Shown here: in pieces, positions 63,217 through 64,000 of the stretch | How the letters are laid out: the number at the start of each line of letters is the position of its first letter | Position numbering within the stretch: position 1 is the first letter of the stretch | Origin: Callorhinchus milii | Taxonomy: Eukaryota | Assembly: GCF_018977255.1 (NCBI RefSeq) | Contig: NW_024704742.1 | Span: 113,772,001 to 113,836,000, forward strand | Direction of reading: 5' to 3' | Length of the DNA stretch: 64,000 nucleotides | Notes under the pieces: generated by a model | Database searches by the model: none | What the model saw: only the letters and a program-made list of their open reading frames with translations | What the model was told of the DNA's origin: nothing | Translations under genes and position numbers: made by a program

Positions 63217-64000
63217 GCAAGGAAATGCAAGGATTATTATTATTTATTATTATAAAACAGGACAATAAGATTAAATCGATCTTTTTCTGAGAACTGGTAT
63301 GGACTCAATGGGTCGAATGGTCTCCTTCTGCACTGCAGATTTCTATCATTCTATGAAGTGAATGACCAATCCGGGGAATGAATGTTGGCCAAGACATTCA
63401 TCACTTTTCGAATCGTGTCATGGGATCTTTAACATTCACCTCAAAATACAGACGGTCCCTTAAATTAACATCATATGAAGGATATTACATTCATTCCTCA
63501 GCACTCTATTGGGATTATCAGCCTGGGCTGTGGGATCAAATTCCTCACATGGGGCTAGAGCCCATAACGTCTGAGTAATTAAGTAAATCTAAGTACAACT
63601 AAATAGAATATGATAGAATATATCAATCTGTAAATTAGTTTTTGTGATCACTGGATTTTCTCATAGTGCCCCCAGTTTGCCAAATGTGATGGCATTTGAG
63701 GCAACTGAATCACATGCAGTAGAAAATGACCCATTGTTTGGAAGTGAAACAAACGGCTCAACCTTTTATAGAATTGTTTTTCAGAAATAAACGGATTATG
63801 GAGGAAATACAAAGATGTTCATAGTGGCTACATTTTGTTTCTAATATACTATGTAGGTTGGGTTTCAGGTGGACATTGAAGATTCCTGTGGTAGTTTTCT
63901 AAAAGAGAAGGGAGTTTCTCCTGGTGTCCAAGCCAGAAATCCCTCAGATTCACTTCATGGCTGTTCGATGGATATTGCTGTATGCAATTTTTTAGCTGCC

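Larger units (their letters stand above)
61207..63356 (+). mobile_element. CR1 split into four pieces (61207-61420, 62433-62570, 62640-62790, 63270-63356)
   Basis: Collinear CR1 motifs: KKANSMLGFI/LYKLLVRPQL, then an LEKLGLFSME-like stretch, then RVVGMWNALL, then the terminal gggtcgaatggtctccttctgcactg...ttctatcattctatga. Confidence 0.75.

Noticed and set aside
59743..64000. Possible intronic scaRNA/snoRNA in the TMEM167A intron
   Set aside because: No recognisable H/ACA or C/D structure by eye, and the region is mostly TE-derived. An Infernal/Rfam scan would be needed.

Overview
Vertebrate genomic DNA, not prokaryotic. The repeat complement (Deu-domain tRNA-SINEs, L2, CR1, Penelope-type short elements) suggests a cartilaginous fish, probably a chimaera or elephant shark; this is inference. 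The window holds the 5' part of XRCC4 on the minus strand: a probable non-coding exon 1 near 59.2 kb, coding exon 2 (34721-34881, ATG at 34859) and exon 3 (32861-33051), then an intron that appears to run off the left edge. A CpG-island promoter (~59.1-59.8 kb) is probably shared head-to-head with TMEM167A, whose ATG-only first coding exon would end at 59742 on the plus strand. The rest is intron densely filled with retroposons, so nearly all ORFs in the supplied track are repeat-derived or spurious. I see no new multi-gene system. The most interesting signals are: relic hammerhead-ribozyme motifs in short Penelope-type insertions; a SINE subfamily whose 3' stem-loop matches the local L2 tail; a 45-bp minisatellite amplified from an L2 3' end beside the promoter; an unclassified repeat family with at least 7 same-strand copies; a 28S rRNA fragment; and a 1.6-kb purine/pyrimidine strand-switch tract. 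All comparisons were made by eye or from memory, and repeat boundaries are approximate.
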